DNA of 64,000 bases from Alphaproteobacteria bacterium (GCA_965249135.1 OZ252220.1:1728001-1792000); one strand, 5' to 3'; counted from the first letter of the stretch, positions 49,985 through 60,749 are shown. Program-made: numbers and translations. The notes: generated by a model from the letters alone, not told the origin.

Positions 49985-51142
49985 ATGGAAGGACGGATCG
50001 AAAAGCTGGGGCCTCTAGGGTCGCCACCGCCAGCGCACGAGGCGGCGACGGGGCCTGTGTGCGACCTCGTGGGCCTGAGCCGCGAAGAGCTTGGGGATGT
50101 TTTTGCGGGCCTTGGGGAGTCCCCTTACCGGGTGAAGCAGCTATGGCACTGGATCTACCACCGGGGAGTGCTGCAGTTCTCGGAGATGACGACCTTTAAC
50201 AAGAAACTCCAGGGCCTGCTTTCGGAAAGCTGCCGGGTGACGCGGCCGGAAGTCCGCCGCCTTCAGGAATCCGCCGATGGGACACGGAAATGGCTGCTTG
50301 CCTTTGCGGACGGGAGTGAAGCGGAAACCGTCCACATTCCGGAAACGGACCGAGGCGCGCTTTGCATTTCCTCTCAAGTGGGCTGCACGCTCACCTGCCG
50401 GTTCTGTCACACCGGGACCCAGAAGCTGGTTCGCAACCTTACGCCGGGCGAAATCGTCGGTCAGATGTTGATCGCGCGGGATCACTTCAATGAGTGGCCA
50501 AGCCCGAAGGAAAGACGGTACATTTCTAACGTCGTCTTCATGGGGATGGGCGAGCCGCTCTACAATTACGAGAATGTTGCCCAGGCAATTCGTATCCTGG
50601 TGGACGGGGAAGGAATCGCGCTTTCGAAACGGCGGATCACCTTATCTACGGCAGGGGTCGTGCCGATGATTCAGCGGGCGGGGGATGAGCTTGACGTGCA
50701 ACTCGCGATCTCGTTGCATGCGACGACGGATGAATTGCGGGACGAGCTTGTACCGCTCAACCGGAAATATCCGTTGGCCGAATTGATGAAAGCATGCCGG
50801 ACCTATCCGCGAGCGGCAAATTCGCGGCGCATTACGTTTGAGTACGTCATGCTGAAAGGTGTGAATGATTCCGTCGCGGATGCGAAGCGGCTTGTGAAAT
50901 TGATCCAGGGTATCCCGGCGAAGGTGAATCTCATTCCTTTCAACGCCTGGCCGGGGGCGCCTTACGAATGTTCAACGCCGGAGGCGATTGCCGCCTTTGC
51001 GGACGTCGTGAACGCGGCAGGCTATGCTTCGCCGGTGCGTATCCCCAGGGGGCAGGATATCCTTGCCGCCTGTGGACAGTTGAAATCGGCCAGTCGGCGG
51101 CAGCCGAAGGTTCCGGCCAAGGCGACGGCAGAAGGGAATTAG
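49985..51142 (+). CDS. rlmN: 23S rRNA m2A2503 / tRNA m2A37 methyltransferase
   Basis: [35 protein letters not shown]. Confidence 0.96.
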   Translation: MEGRIEKLGPLGSPPPAHEAATGPVCDLVGLSREELGDVFAGLGESPYRVKQLWHWIYHRGVLQFSEMTTFNKKLQGLLSESCRVTRPEVRRLQESADGTRKWLLAFADGSEAETVHIPETDRGALCISSQVGCTLTCRFCHTGTQKLVRNLTPGEIVGQMLIARDHFNEWPSPKERRYISNVVFMGMGEPLYNYENVAQAIRILVDGEGIALSKRRITLSTAGVVPMIQRAGDELDVQLAISLHATTDELRDELVPLNRKYPLAELMKACRTYPRAANSRRITFEYVMLKGVNDSVADAKRLVKLIQGIPAKVNLIPFNAWPGAPYECSTPEAIAAFADVVNAAGYASPVRIPRGQDILAACGQLKSASRRQPKVPAKATAEGN

Positions 51143-51146
51143 GGCG

Positions 51147-52355
51147 ATGGGCACCAAGGTAAAGAAAGCGGTCCTGGCCTATTCCGGTGGGCTCGATACC
51201 TCCGTCATCCTGCACTGGCTGAAGGAGACTTATGGTTGCGAGGTCGTCACCTTCACGGCCGATCTTGGTCAGGGGGACGAGCTTACCGAAGCGAAGGCGA
51301 AGGCGGAGGCAGCCGGCGTCAGGGAAGTCTTCGTCGAAGACCTTCGGGAAGTATTCGTCCGCGATTTTGTCTTCCCGATGTTCCGGGCGAATGCGCTTTA
51401 TGAGGGGGTCTACCTGCTCGGCACCGCGATCGCGCGTCCGCTCATCGCCAAACGGCAGGTCGAAATCGCCGCCGAAACCGGAGCGGACGCCGTCGTCCAT
51501 GGGGCGACGGGCAAGGGCAACGACCAAGTACGCTTCGAGCTTGCCTATTACGCATTGAATCCGGACATCCAGGTCATCGCGCCTTGGCGGGAGTGGGACC
51601 TGGATTCGCGGACGAAACTTGTCGCCTATGCGAAGAGCCATGGGATCCCGGTCAACAAGGGGGCCCAGGGTGGGCCGCCCTATTCGATGGATGCGAATCT
51701 TCTCCACATTTCCTACGAGGGCAAGGCGCTGGAAGATCCCTGGGCCGAACCGGAAGAGGCCATGTTCAACTTGACGGTGGCCCCTGAGGCGGCTCCGGAC
51801 AAGCCCGCCACCGTCGAGATCGATTTCGAAGGAGGCGACGCGACAAAGGTCGACGGAAAAGGCTTAAGTCCGGCGGCGCTTCTTAAGAAACTGAATGAAC
51901 TTGCCGGTGCTCATGGTATCGGGCGGGCCGACATCGTCGAGAACCGGTTCGTCGGCATGAAGTCGCGGGGCGTTTACGAAACGCCGGGGGGCACGCTTCT
52001 TTGTCTCGCGCACCGGGCGATGGAAAGCCTGACGCTGGATCGGGGGGCTGCGCATTTGAAGGACGAGCTGATGCCGCGCTATGCCGAGCTTGTCTATAAC
52101 GGCTTTTGGTTTTCGCCGGAGCGGGAAATGATCCAGGCGGCGATCGATGCCTGCCAGAAAAACGTGACCGGCACCGTGCGCATGAAGCTTTACAAGGGAA
52201 CGGCGAGCGTCGTAGGGCGGAAATCGCCAACCACCCTTTACGATCCGGGTCATGCAACCTTCGAGGCGGACGACGTCTACGACCAGAAGGATGCGGAAGG
52301 CTTCATCAAGCTTAACGCGCTAAGGCTTCGGCTTTCTGCGAAGAAGCGGGACTAG
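51147..52355 (+). CDS. argG: Argininosuccinate synthase
   Basis: [31 protein letters not shown]. Confidence 0.97.
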   Translation: MGTKVKKAVLAYSGGLDTSVILHWLKETYGCEVVTFTADLGQGDELTEAKAKAEAAGVREVFVEDLREVFVRDFVFPMFRANALYEGVYLLGTAIARPLIAKRQVEIAAETGADAVVHGATGKGNDQVRFELAYYALNPDIQVIAPWREWDLDSRTKLVAYAKSHGIPVNKGAQGGPPYSMDANLLHISYEGKALEDPWAEPEEAMFNLTVAPEAAPDKPATVEIDFEGGDATKVDGKGLSPAALLKKLNELAGAHGIGRADIVENRFVGMKSRGVYETPGGTLLCLAHRAMESLTLDRGAAHLKDELMPRYAELVYNGFWFSPEREMIQAAIDACQKNVTGTVRMKLYKGTASVVGRKSPTTLYDPGHATFEADDVYDQKDAEGFIKLNALRLRLSAKKRD

Positions 52356-52367
52356 CGTTCCCAAAAT

Positions 52368-53051
52368 CTAGCCGAGAAGAACGAGCGGTACGCCGGAAAG
52401 CCACTCATGGGCGAGCATGAGCGCCGCATAAAGCAAAAGCCCGATTAAGATCTTCGACCAGCCGATCTCGGCGAGCGTCACCTTCGTACGTCCGCCGAGG
52501 ATTGCCGCAAAGGGCAGGATCGAAGTTTTCTCGACGAAGGCCTCCCAGGTGGCGCCCCGTTCCGCACGCTTCTTCTGCTCGACCAAAAAAGGGCCGGCGA
52601 GCGAAAGGGTGAGGAAGGCGCCGAAGAAAAGAAGGGACGCTTGGTCCCCGTTCGCCAGTATGTGGCCGCCCGACCACAGTGCCAGCGCCCACAGGACCGG
52701 ATGGCGGGTGATGCGGAAGATGCCCGGGATGTCCTCCGGCCCGCCCAGCCTTCCGAAGACCGCCATCGTCGGGTTCTTCGACGTGGTGCCGGCCACCAGG
52801 AAAACGCTGACGATCGGCATGAGCAACAGCAACAGCCCCCGCGCCCACAAGAGATCGCCCCACAGCTCCACATGGGGCGCATCGAAGAAGGCGACGATCA
52901 TCCAGCCGAGGGTAAAGAGAGAGAGGAGAGAATAAAGGCCCAGGAATCCAGATTCACCGAAGAGCCGAATGAGATTTCCCCGAAGCGGCGTGCTGGAAAA
53001 GAGCACGTGGCTTCCGACGAAGAGAAGGCAGGCAAAGATCAGCGCCGTCAT
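52368..53051 (-). CDS. NnrU family membrane protein
   Basis: FVGSH, YSLLS, RITRHPVLW, HILANGD, TSILPF. Confidence 0.82.
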   Translation of the reverse strand: MTALIFACLLFVGSHVLFSSTPLRGNLIRLFGESGFLGLYSLLSLFTLGWMIVAFFDAPHVELWGDLLWARGLLLLLMPIVSVFLVAGTTSKNPTMAVFGRLGGPEDIPGIFRITRHPVLWALALWSGGHILANGDQASLLFFGAFLTLSLAGPFLVEQKKRAERGATWEAFVEKTSILPFAAILGGRTKVTLAEIGWSKILIGLLLYAALMLAHEWLSGVPLVLLG

Positions 53052-53060
53052 CGGTCTCTC

Positions 53061-53948
53061 CTAGAAGCTCTCGGGGTCGAATCCGGTTTGCTGGCAGGCG
53101 GCCGTGAAGGTGTTCTTGAGAAGACAGGCGATCGTCATTGGCCCGACGCCGCCCGGCACCGGCGTGATGGCGCCGGCGATGGAGAGCGCCTCATCGAAGG
53201 CGACGTCGCCGACGAGCTTCGATTTTCCATTCGCTTCTTCGATCCGGTTGATGCCGACGTCGATCACGGTCGCCCCTTCCTTGATCCAATCGCCGCGCAC
53301 CATCCGGGGCTGACCGGTGGCGGCAATCAGGATATCCGCGCGTCGGCATTCCCCAGCCAGATCCTGGGTTTTTGAGTGGGCCAGCGTCACCGTGCAGTGC
53401 TCGCGAAGCAGCAGCAAGGCCATCGGCTTGCCGACGATGTTCGAGCGCCCCAGCACCAGCGCGCGCTTCCCCCTCAGATCGCCAAGGGTGTCTTTAAGCA
53501 GCATCAGGCAACCAAGCGGCGTGCAGGGGACCATGCCCTTGCCGCCGGTGACGAGGCGCCCGACATTCGTGACATTAAAGCCGTCGACGTCCTTCGCGGG
53601 ATCGATCGCGTCGATCACGGCGTTCGGGTCGATCTGGGAGGGGAGCGGCAGCTGAACCAGGATGCCGTGGACGGCCGCGTCATGGTTGAGCTTGTCCACC
53701 AGCGCCAGCAGTTCCTCCTGGCTCGTCTCGGCCGCAAGGTCATGCTTGAAGGACTGCATGTCTGCTTCCACGGTCTGCTTCGCCTTGTTTCGGGTGTAGA
53801 TCTGGCTGGCCGGATTTTCGCCGACCAGCACGACGGCAAGGCCCGGCGTCGGCCCGCCGCCTTCCTTCAACGCGCTCACCTTTCGCGCGATCTCGGCCCG
53901 CAGGTTCGCGGCAAACGCCTTCCCGTCGATGATCGTTGCTTCAGCCAT
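53061..53948 (-). CDS. folD: Methylenetetrahydrofolate dehydrogenase/cyclohydrolase
   Basis: [44 protein letters not shown]. Confidence 0.97.
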   Translation of the reverse strand: MAEATIIDGKAFAANLRAEIARKVSALKEGGGPTPGLAVVLVGENPASQIYTRNKAKQTVEADMQSFKHDLAAETSQEELLALVDKLNHDAAVHGILVQLPLPSQIDPNAVIDAIDPAKDVDGFNVTNVGRLVTGGKGMVPCTPLGCLMLLKDTLGDLRGKRALVLGRSNIVGKPMALLLLREHCTVTLAHSKTQDLAGECRRADILIAATGQPRMVRGDWIKEGATVIDVGINRIEEANGKSKLVGDVAFDEALSIAGAITPVPGGVGPMTIACLLKNTFTAACQQTGFDPESF

Positions 53949-54270
53949 GATGAACTTTCAACCATGCGTCGAGTTGGGTGGCAAGCGCTTCCGACGCGTC
54001 GGCCAGGCGCAGCAGCTTCCGGCGACTCTTTTTTCCGCGGACAAGGGTGATTTGCCCCTTTGCCAATCGCCATTCCTTCGCAAGGAGACGGATGAGGGCG
54101 GCGTTCGCCTTGCCGTTTTCGGCTGCGGCCGTTACCGAAATCTTGAGTGCAAGGCCGCCTTCCGCATCCGAAATCACACCTTCGATCCGGTTTTGCCGGG
54201 CCTTCGGGCTAAGGTGCACGGCCACATGGATCCCCTCCCGGCTTTCCGAAAAGGGGGACCCCTTAACCAA
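53941..54270 (-). CDS. DUF167 (YggU) family protein
   Basis: [27 protein letters not shown]; follows yggT. Confidence 0.85.
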   Translation of the reverse strand: MVKGSPFSESREGIHVAVHLSPKARQNRIEGVISDAEGGLALKISVTAAAENGKANAALIRLLAKEWRLAKGQITLVRGKKSRRKLLRLADASEALATQLDAWLKVHHG

Positions 54271-54541
54271 GGTATTCGAAGAGCAGGTTCCGTAAAAAGA
54301 TAAGGGCCAGGATCAGGACCACCGGTGAAATGTCGATTCCGCCGAGCGAGGGCAGGAACCGCCGGATGGGGCGGAGCGCAGGCTCCGTAATGCGGAAGAG
54401 GGACTCGCCAATCACGTAAACGATCCGATTGCTGGTGTTCACGATGTTGAAGGCGACGAGCCAGCTTAAGATCACGGAGATGATCAAAAGCCAAATGTAG
54501 ATGTCGATCACGGTGTCGACGAGAAGAAGGACGGAAGACAT
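54263..54541 (-). CDS. YggT family membrane protein
   Basis: ILSWL, TEPALRPIRR.LP..GGIDISP; likely ATG at 54541. Confidence 0.9.
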   Translation of the reverse strand: MSSVLLLVDTVIDIYIWLLIISVILSWLVAFNIVNTSNRIVYVIGESLFRITEPALRPIRRFLPSLGGIDISPVVLILALIFLRNLLFEYLG

Positions 54542-54703
54542 CGAAAGTTTTGGCCACGACCTTGTGGGGAGAGAGACCGGGAACCCTACCCTTAAGGGGC
54601 TCTCCGGTGCAAGCAAGGCAACGCGGAAGATCGCCCGCCGTAGGGCTTAAGTTTTAAGGAGTTTTTCAAGGATTTTCGATTAGCGTCCCGCCACGGGGAA
54701 GTC

Positions 54704-54733
54704 TTGACAGCCGGCGGGGGGACGGAACACACT
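54704..54733 (+). promoter_or_regulatory. Putative sigma70 promoter of tRNA-Ala(CGC)
   Basis: Perfect TTGACA -35, then N18 and CACACT. Confidence 0.45.
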
Positions 54734-54744
54734 CCCGCCTCTTC

Positions 54745-54820
<76 letters not shown>

Positions 54821-54906
54821 TTTCCTTGCCCGACGCTCGATAAGGTGTCTTTAAAGCGTCACATAAGTGTTACAGAGTTTTCCCGAAATTCAGGTCAGGC
54901 ATTCGA

Positions 54907-55743
54907 ATGTTTTCCATGGTTATCGCTCAAATCACCGACACCCACATTCGTTCATCCGAGATTCCTTCGTTCTTCGATTTTGATCCGGCCGATTTCCTGA
55001 AGGACGCCATCACCCGGTTGCAGTCCCTTCCGGCGACGCCGGATGCGGTCATCGTAACGGGCGACCTGGTCGATTGCGGCAGGGAAGACGAATACGAAAA
55101 GTTTCTCGAGATCCTTAAACCCCTTGCGATGCCGTTCTATGTGATCCCTGGCAATCACGACAATCGCGATACCCTTCGCAAGGTCTTTCGCCCTACGCAC
55201 AGCTACCTGCCGGCCGAAGGCTTCCTCCACTATGTGGTGGAGGGCGACCCCCTTCGCATGATCGCGCTCGATACGACGATCGAGGGCGAGGATGGCGGCA
55301 TCCTTTGTGAGGAACGCTTGGGCTGGCTTGAAGCGCGGCTCAACGAGGCGAGAGAAAAACCGACTCTCATCTTCATGCACCACCCCCCCCTCCGTATCTA
55401 TTTGGCGGAAATGGATCGCCTTAATTGCGGGAATGCGGACAAGTTCCGCGCCCTTCTCAAGGATCACCCGCAAGTCATGCGGGTCACCTGCGGTCACGCC
55501 CATCGCGGGGTTCAGCTCCGCTGGGAGCACGCAACCGTCGGTATTTCACCGAGTACGGGCCATCAACTCTACCTCGACTTCCATCCGGACTCGATGACGC
55601 AGTACATCATGGAGCCACCCGGCTTGCTGCTGCATATGTGGGACGAGGATCAGGGGCTCACCACCCATACGGTGCCGATCGCACGCTTCTCGGGCCCGCA
55701 CGAATTTCACAAGGCCCGGGCCGACGACCGGCACGACGTCTGA
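54907..55743 (+). CDS. Metallophosphoesterase (CpdA/Icc-like phosphodiesterase)
   Basis: DTH, GDLVD, GNHD, HHPP, GHAH motifs. Confidence 0.88.
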   Translation: MFSMVIAQITDTHIRSSEIPSFFDFDPADFLKDAITRLQSLPATPDAVIVTGDLVDCGREDEYEKFLEILKPLAMPFYVIPGNHDNRDTLRKVFRPTHSYLPAEGFLHYVVEGDPLRMIALDTTIEGEDGGILCEERLGWLEARLNEAREKPTLIFMHHPPLRIYLAEMDRLNCGNADKFRALLKDHPQVMRVTCGHAHRGVQLRWEHATVGISPSTGHQLYLDFHPDSMTQYIMEPPGLLLHMWDEDQGLTTHTVPIARFSGPHEFHKARADDRHDV

Positions 55744-55778
55744 CGAGGCCCCGGCTAGATGGATGCCCCTAGCTCACC

Positions 55779-56582
55779 TCATCGGGTGCGCCGAAACAGA
55801 AATTCATCGCAGCCTGAACCGAACAAACCAAATCGATTTTCGGTTTTTGATTGGACATGCTGGAATCCGCGTTCCTCGACGAAGCAGATGGTGGCGGATG
55901 GTTCGATGGATTCATAGGGATAGCCCCCGAGCCAATCCTCCACGTCATGGTTCCAATTCATCCCGCGGAGCGTCCGGTAGCTCTTTATATAAAGCAATGG
56001 ATTCCTGCCTGAAGCCAGCAGACCAAGGATGAGCAGAGCCTTGTAGAGAGTCCTCGCCAGAAAAGGAAACCACCGCGGGTGAGCCACAAAATTCCGTTTT
56101 TCCCACTGCCAAAACTTGCAGAATGGTGTCTTGCCGTACAGGGCGATGAGGAAATGGCCGCCCGGCCGTACAAAATTTGCAGCGCAGTCGATCGCGCGGA
56201 ACATGTCCCCCGTATGGTGAAGGACACCCCAAGAATAAACGATGTCGAAAGTGCCGTAATTGTCCATAGACATCTCGAAGATGTCATCCTGACGGCATTG
56301 CCAAACCTTTGATGCCGCGTATCGCTCCAGGACCAAGCGGGTGGTGGCGACAGAGTTGGGATCGAAATCGACGGCCATCACCTCGCGTGCTCCCAGGTTC
56401 AGGGCGGCGAGCGAAAACAGGCCGGAACCGCAACCGATATCAAGGAAACGGCTTCCACGAAGGTTGTCTGCTCGTAAGAATGCTCGCAACGATGCTTCGG
56501 CCTGATCGATGCGTTCGGCGTCGAGTGTGGTCGCGAATTGCCGCCAGTTCTCGCCAAAGGCAAATCTATCCGTGTTTGCCAT
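55779..56582 (-). CDS. Class I SAM-dependent methyltransferase, probably glycan-associated
   Basis: LDIGCGSG motif I, YSWGVLHHTG, DWLGGYPYE; likely ATG at 56582. Confidence 0.85.
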   Translation of the reverse strand: MANTDRFAFGENWRQFATTLDAERIDQAEASLRAFLRADNLRGSRFLDIGCGSGLFSLAALNLGAREVMAVDFDPNSVATTRLVLERYAASKVWQCRQDDIFEMSMDNYGTFDIVYSWGVLHHTGDMFRAIDCAANFVRPGGHFLIALYGKTPFCKFWQWEKRNFVAHPRWFPFLARTLYKALLILGLLASGRNPLLYIKSYRTLRGMNWNHDVEDWLGGYPYESIEPSATICFVEERGFQHVQSKTENRFGLFGSGCDEFLFRRTR

Positions 56583-56809
56583 GTGCCTATCTCCGGGTCG
56601 CGACGGTACGGCTGGGGGCAGCATGCATGGCACATTCAGGGGTTTCCAGTTAAGCCTTGATAGGATTGCCGATGCCTTCGAAATCGCCCGCCTGACGCCG
56701 CAAAATTGGCAAATTAAGCCAGGAAATCAGCCATTTTTGCCAAGTCGGCCGGGCATTTAGGAATTGACGTTCACCGAATGAACATGGTAGAGGACGGTAC
56801 GAGAAAAAC

Positions 56810-56846
56810 CGAGGTGGCGGCGATTCACCTCGCCTGCGGTAGCGTG
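56810..56846 (+). promoter_or_regulatory. Hairpin plus ops-like (JUMPstart-like) element upstream of the glycan operon
   Basis: Stem CGAGGTG/CACCTCG followed by GCGGTAGCGTG, 11 of 12 nt of ops GGCGGTAGCGTG. Confidence 0.35.
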
Positions 56847-57064
56847 CTCGGATGACACCGGGATACCGCCATTTTTATCAAGTTGTCCGCTCCGGCCTGA
56901 CTCCAAAATGGTCCGCATCCTAGAGAAACAATTAACGAACCAATGCGGCTGAATCCAGTTTCTGGACAAATTCCGATCCAGCCAAAGTCTCTGGGGGGGA
57001 GCGCACTTTGTTTTAACCCGTGCAACCGTGAGTTGGCTCACGCGTTTGAAACGAGCGACGGCAC

Positions 57065-57970
57065 GTGAATGGCGCTGAGAGATGGTTGATTGTCGGGGCC
57101 AGCGGTCTGCTTGGGGTGCGACTTGCCAGTTACTTGCATACGCTGGGTCGCGAAGTCGTTGCGCTTCATTGGAAGCACCCACTTCCAGGAAACCTCGCGC
57201 CGTTTGGTTTTCAAACGGATCTGCTTGATGGGGACGATGCTTGTCGCCGTGTCATATGCGGTATTGCGCCTGACGTGGTCATAAATTGTGCTGGTCTCAC
57301 CAATGTCGATCAATGTGAAAGCGAGCCGGATCAAGCGGCTCTGTTAAACACGAGCTTGGCCGGCCGCATTGCGGAAGCCTCCAGCAAACAGGGCTGCCGT
57401 TTTGTCCAGATATCAACGGATCATCTTTGGGATGGGACGCATCCGCTGGTTGCAGAGGATGTTCCTCCCCGGCCGATCAATGTTTACGCTCGGACGAAGG
57501 CGGCGGGTGAGGTTGCGGTGCGCCAAGCCCACCCCCAATCCCTCGTCGTGCGGACAAATTTTTTTGGACCCAGCCTCCCATGGCGCAAGTCATTCCACGA
57601 TTGGTTGACAGAGCAGCTGTCCGAAGGTCGTGCCGTCAATGCTTTTTCGGATGTTTTCTTCACGCCGGTCGCGTCGGACTTGTTGAGCGCCATGATTGTT
57701 GAATTGGTCGATCGGAGCGTGTCGGGAGTGTTGCATCTCGCCGGGGGCAACCGGATCAGTAAGTACGACTTCGCGCTTCGCTGGGCTGAGCGCTTGGGCT
57801 TGGACAGAACCTTGATCCACGTCGGTTCAGTTGAGGATGGCAACCTTGCGGCGCCGCGTCCGCACGATATGTCGCTCGATTGTTCGAAGGCGGCGGCTGT
57901 TCTTGGGCGTCCGATGCCTTCCCTGCACGAGTCGTTGCAGGTCTATGGCCGCGTTCTTGCGACACACTAA
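57065..57970 (+). CDS. RmlD-like NDP-sugar reductase (SDR)
   Basis: GASGLLG, INCAGLTNVDQCE, ISTD, YARTK, VRTN, PRPHDMSL. Confidence 0.85.
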   Translation: MNGAERWLIVGASGLLGVRLASYLHTLGREVVALHWKHPLPGNLAPFGFQTDLLDGDDACRRVICGIAPDVVINCAGLTNVDQCESEPDQAALLNTSLAGRIAEASSKQGCRFVQISTDHLWDGTHPLVAEDVPPRPINVYARTKAAGEVAVRQAHPQSLVVRTNFFGPSLPWRKSFHDWLTEQLSEGRAVNAFSDVFFTPVASDLLSAMIVELVDRSVSGVLHLAGGNRISKYDFALRWAERLGLDRTLIHVGSVEDGNLAAPRPHDMSLDCSKAAAVLGRPMPSLHESLQVYGRVLATH

Positions 57971-58000
57971 AACCGAAATCAAACGGGATCATTTTTCACG

Positions 58001-58984
58001 ATGAATATCAACGGAAGCTCGATCCTCGTCACCGGCGGCACAGGCTCTTTCGGGAAGAGGTTCATTAAATTACTGCTGGAAAAATATTCGCCGCGGCGTC
58101 TCGTCGTCTTTTCCCGCGATGAATTGAAGCAATTCGAAATGCGCCAGAAACTGGATGCGCCAAACCTTCGGTACTTTATCGGCGACGTTCGAGACGAGGC
58201 GCGCCTACGCCGGGCATTTCAGGGCATCGATATCGTTGTCCATGCGGCCGCGCTCAAGCAGGTGCCGACAGCGGAATACAATCCGATCGAATGCATCATG
58301 ACCAATGTCATGGGTGCCGAGAATGTCATTAACGTGGCAATCGACAGCGGCGTGAAAAAAGTCGTGGCGCTGTCGACGGACAAGGGGGTCAATCCGATCA
58401 ACCTTTACGGCGCCACCAAGCTTTGCGCGGACAAGCTTTTCATTGCGGCAAACAATCTAGCCGGTGGTGATGGCACGCGTTTTGCCAATGTCCGCTACGG
58501 CAACGTGATCGGTTCGCGCGGTAGTGTCATTCCCTATTTCAAGAAGATGCGGGAAACCGGCATGATTCCGATCACCGATTCACGCATGACGCGCTTCTGG
58601 ATCACGCTCGACCAAGGCGCTCAGTTCGTCGCGCGTTGTGCCGGGATGCTTAACGGCGGTGAAACCTTCGTCGCGAAGCTCCCGTCGATGCGGATTACCG
58701 ATCTTGCGGAGGCAATCGCGCCTGGCTGCGAGCAGCGGATCATCGGTATCCGGCAGGGTGAGAAGCTGCATGAGGTCATGGTGCCCTCCGAGGAAGCGCG
58801 TCACACAATTGAGTTAGAGGACTTCTTCGTTATCAAGGGCGAGCAGGTACCTTATCGCCGCGGCACCGACCCGAATACCTATGACGGCCAGGTCGGCAAG
58901 CCGATCGACGAGGACTTCCGCTACGCCAGCGATTCAAACACAGAATGGTTGAGCGTCGACCAACTACGCGCGGTGATCGACTGA
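58001..58984 (+). CDS. pseB: UDP-N-acetylglucosamine 4,6-dehydratase (inverting)
   Basis: TGGTGSFG, FSRDELKQ, HAAALKQVP, LSTDK, NLYGATK, RYGNVIGSRGSV, MTRFWITL, GEKLHE. Confidence 0.92.
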   Translation: MNINGSSILVTGGTGSFGKRFIKLLLEKYSPRRLVVFSRDELKQFEMRQKLDAPNLRYFIGDVRDEARLRRAFQGIDIVVHAAALKQVPTAEYNPIECIMTNVMGAENVINVAIDSGVKKVVALSTDKGVNPINLYGATKLCADKLFIAANNLAGGDGTRFANVRYGNVIGSRGSVIPYFKKMRETGMIPITDSRMTRFWITLDQGAQFVARCAGMLNGGETFVAKLPSMRITDLAEAIAPGCEQRIIGIRQGEKLHEVMVPSEEARHTIELEDFFVIKGEQVPYRRGTDPNTYDGQVGKPIDEDFRYASDSNTEWLSVDQLRAVID

Positions 58985-60216
58985 TGGCGCTCCGGCCCCT
59001 CCATTATGGCCGGCAACTGGTGGATGACGATGACGTCGCGGCCGTCGTCGAAGTCCTAAAGAGCGACTTCCTGACCCAGGGGCCGGTCGTGGAGTGCTTC
59101 GAACGCGCCATCGCCGACCGGATTGGCGCCGCCCATGTCGTCGCCTTCGCCAACGCAACCGCCGCGCTGCACGGGGCTGTCAGCGTATGCGGCGTGGGGC
59201 CTGGCGATGTCGGGGTAACACAGGCGATCACCTTCTGCGCATCGGCCAACATGTTTCACTACTGCGGCGGCGAGGTTGCATTTTGTGACATCGACCCAGA
59301 TACAGTGGGTTGCGATCTGAAGTCGCTTGCAGCGACCATCGAGCGCGAGGAATCCGCTGGCCGGCGGGTGAAGGTCGTGGTGCCGGTGCACATGGGTGGG
59401 CTCAGCACAAACGGCAAAGCGATCCGTAAGGTTGCCGGTTCCAGGTTCATAGTCGAAGATGCCTCGCATGCGCTTGGGGCCAGCGACGACGATGGCCACC
59501 CAGTTGGTTGCTGCGCCTACGCCGATATTTCCGTGTTTTCGTTTCATCCCGTGAAGCCGATCACAAGCGGGGAAGGCGGCGTCGCCGCGACGAACGATGC
59601 AGCTTTGGCGGAACGGCTACGCCTGTTCCGCAACCATGGGATCGAGAAGATGGTGGACCATTTTCGCTTCGCCGAGGCGGAGGATGGGACGGCGGACGTA
59701 GGGCCCTGGTACTACGAACAGCAGGAGCTCGGATATAACTACCGGCTCTCGGATCTGCATGCTGCGCTCGGGCTCTCGCAGATGGGCAAGCTGGACGCCT
59801 TCGTCCGGCGTCGTCGTGAGCTTGCCGCGCGTTACGACGATGCCTTCCGGGAGTTCAATCAGGTGACGCCGCTGCAGGCCGACGCGGCTTGGCGCGCACG
59901 CTCGTCCCATCATCTCTACCTCGTGGCGATTGATTTTTCTGCGGTCGGTATATCGCGGCGCGATGTCATGCTAGCGCTGCAGGCTGACGGCATCTGGACC
60001 CAAGTGCATTACATTCCAGTCTACCGTCATCCCTATTATCGCGCGCGTTACGACCTGTGCTTTGCCGACTTCCCGAATGCCGAGCGCTATTATACCAATG
60101 CGCTGACCCTGCCGCTTCATCCCGGTATGACCGGAGAGGATGTCGACCATGTGGTGGAGTCACTGCGAAGCGCGATCGGTTCTTCATCCAGACCTTCGAT
60201 CCAATGCGGGACCTGA
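58984..60216 (+). CDS. pseC: UDP-4-amino-4,6-dideoxy-N-acetyl-beta-L-altrosamine transaminase
   Basis: YGRQ, SDFLTQGP, EDASHALG, FSFHPVKPITSGEGG, WYYEQQELGYNYR, QVHYIPV; TGATG coupling to pseB. Confidence 0.9.
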   Translation: MALRPLHYGRQLVDDDDVAAVVEVLKSDFLTQGPVVECFERAIADRIGAAHVVAFANATAALHGAVSVCGVGPGDVGVTQAITFCASANMFHYCGGEVAFCDIDPDTVGCDLKSLAATIEREESAGRRVKVVVPVHMGGLSTNGKAIRKVAGSRFIVEDASHALGASDDDGHPVGCCAYADISVFSFHPVKPITSGEGGVAATNDAALAERLRLFRNHGIEKMVDHFRFAEAEDGTADVGPWYYEQQELGYNYRLSDLHAALGLSQMGKLDAFVRRRRELAARYDDAFREFNQVTPLQADAAWRARSSHHLYLVAIDFSAVGISRRDVMLALQADGIWTQVHYIPVYRHPYYRARYDLCFADFPNAERYYTNALTLPLHPGMTGEDVDHVVESLRSAIGSSSRPSIQCGT

Positions 60217-60749
60217 GTAGACAGCCGTTTCGGCCGCTTTTGCTGCCTGGAGACGATAAGGCGGAACTGCGCGTTCTGCGCGACAGCGATGTCACTCCCG
60301 CCTACGTGCGCGGCATGAATGACCCTAAGGTCCGGCGCTTCGTCTCCGTTGGCCGAGGGGAACTTGATGAAGCGTGCATAATAGACTTCGTTCGGGATAA
60401 TTGGCAGCGGTTGGATTGCTTGCTCTTCGGGCTCTTTGTCGCCGACGTTCATTGTGGCAACGTGCGGCTCCATGGGTATGACGGGAATACCGTCTGGCTG
60501 GGGATCGCCTTGTTCGATCGTTCGATTTGGGGCCGGGGCTTCGGCTCATGCGCCATTACCGCCGCCAGCAATTTTGCTTTGGACACATTGTCGTGTCTCT
60601 CGGTCCAGGCCGGGGTCAATCGCGAAAACGAAGTATCCGTAGCTGCATTTCGGAAGGCCGGCTTCGTGGTCGTCGAAGAAAAACCGAACGGATTCGTCTT
60701 TGCCCGGCGCAGTGACGCAGGCATGCGGCAAGCTGTAGATGGCGCTTGA
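60204..60749 (+). CDS. GNAT N-acyltransferase (RimJ/RimL-like; candidate PseH equivalent)
   Basis: WGRGFGS acyl-CoA motif, N..S..AFRKAGF; follows pseC. Confidence 0.75.
   Translation: MRDLSRQPFRPLLLPGDDKAELRVLRDSDVTPAYVRGMNDPKVRRFVSVGRGELDEACIIDFVRDNWQRLDCLLFGLFVADVHCGNVRLHGYDGNTVWLGIALFDRSIWGRGFGSCAITAASNFALDTLSCLSVQAGVNRENEVSVAAFRKAGFVVVEEKPNGFVFARRSDAGMRQAVDGA

Noticed and set aside
52368-53051. NnrU as evidence of denitrification
   Set aside because: The family is widespread, and no nir, nor or nos genes are in the window.
56600-57064. Sigma54 or CtrA sites upstream of the pse operon; coding ORFs 56757..57182 and 56825..57025
   Set aside because: TGGCAC near 56628 lacks the correctly spaced TTGC, and no TTAA-N7-TTAA was seen. 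The ORFs have no recognisable features.
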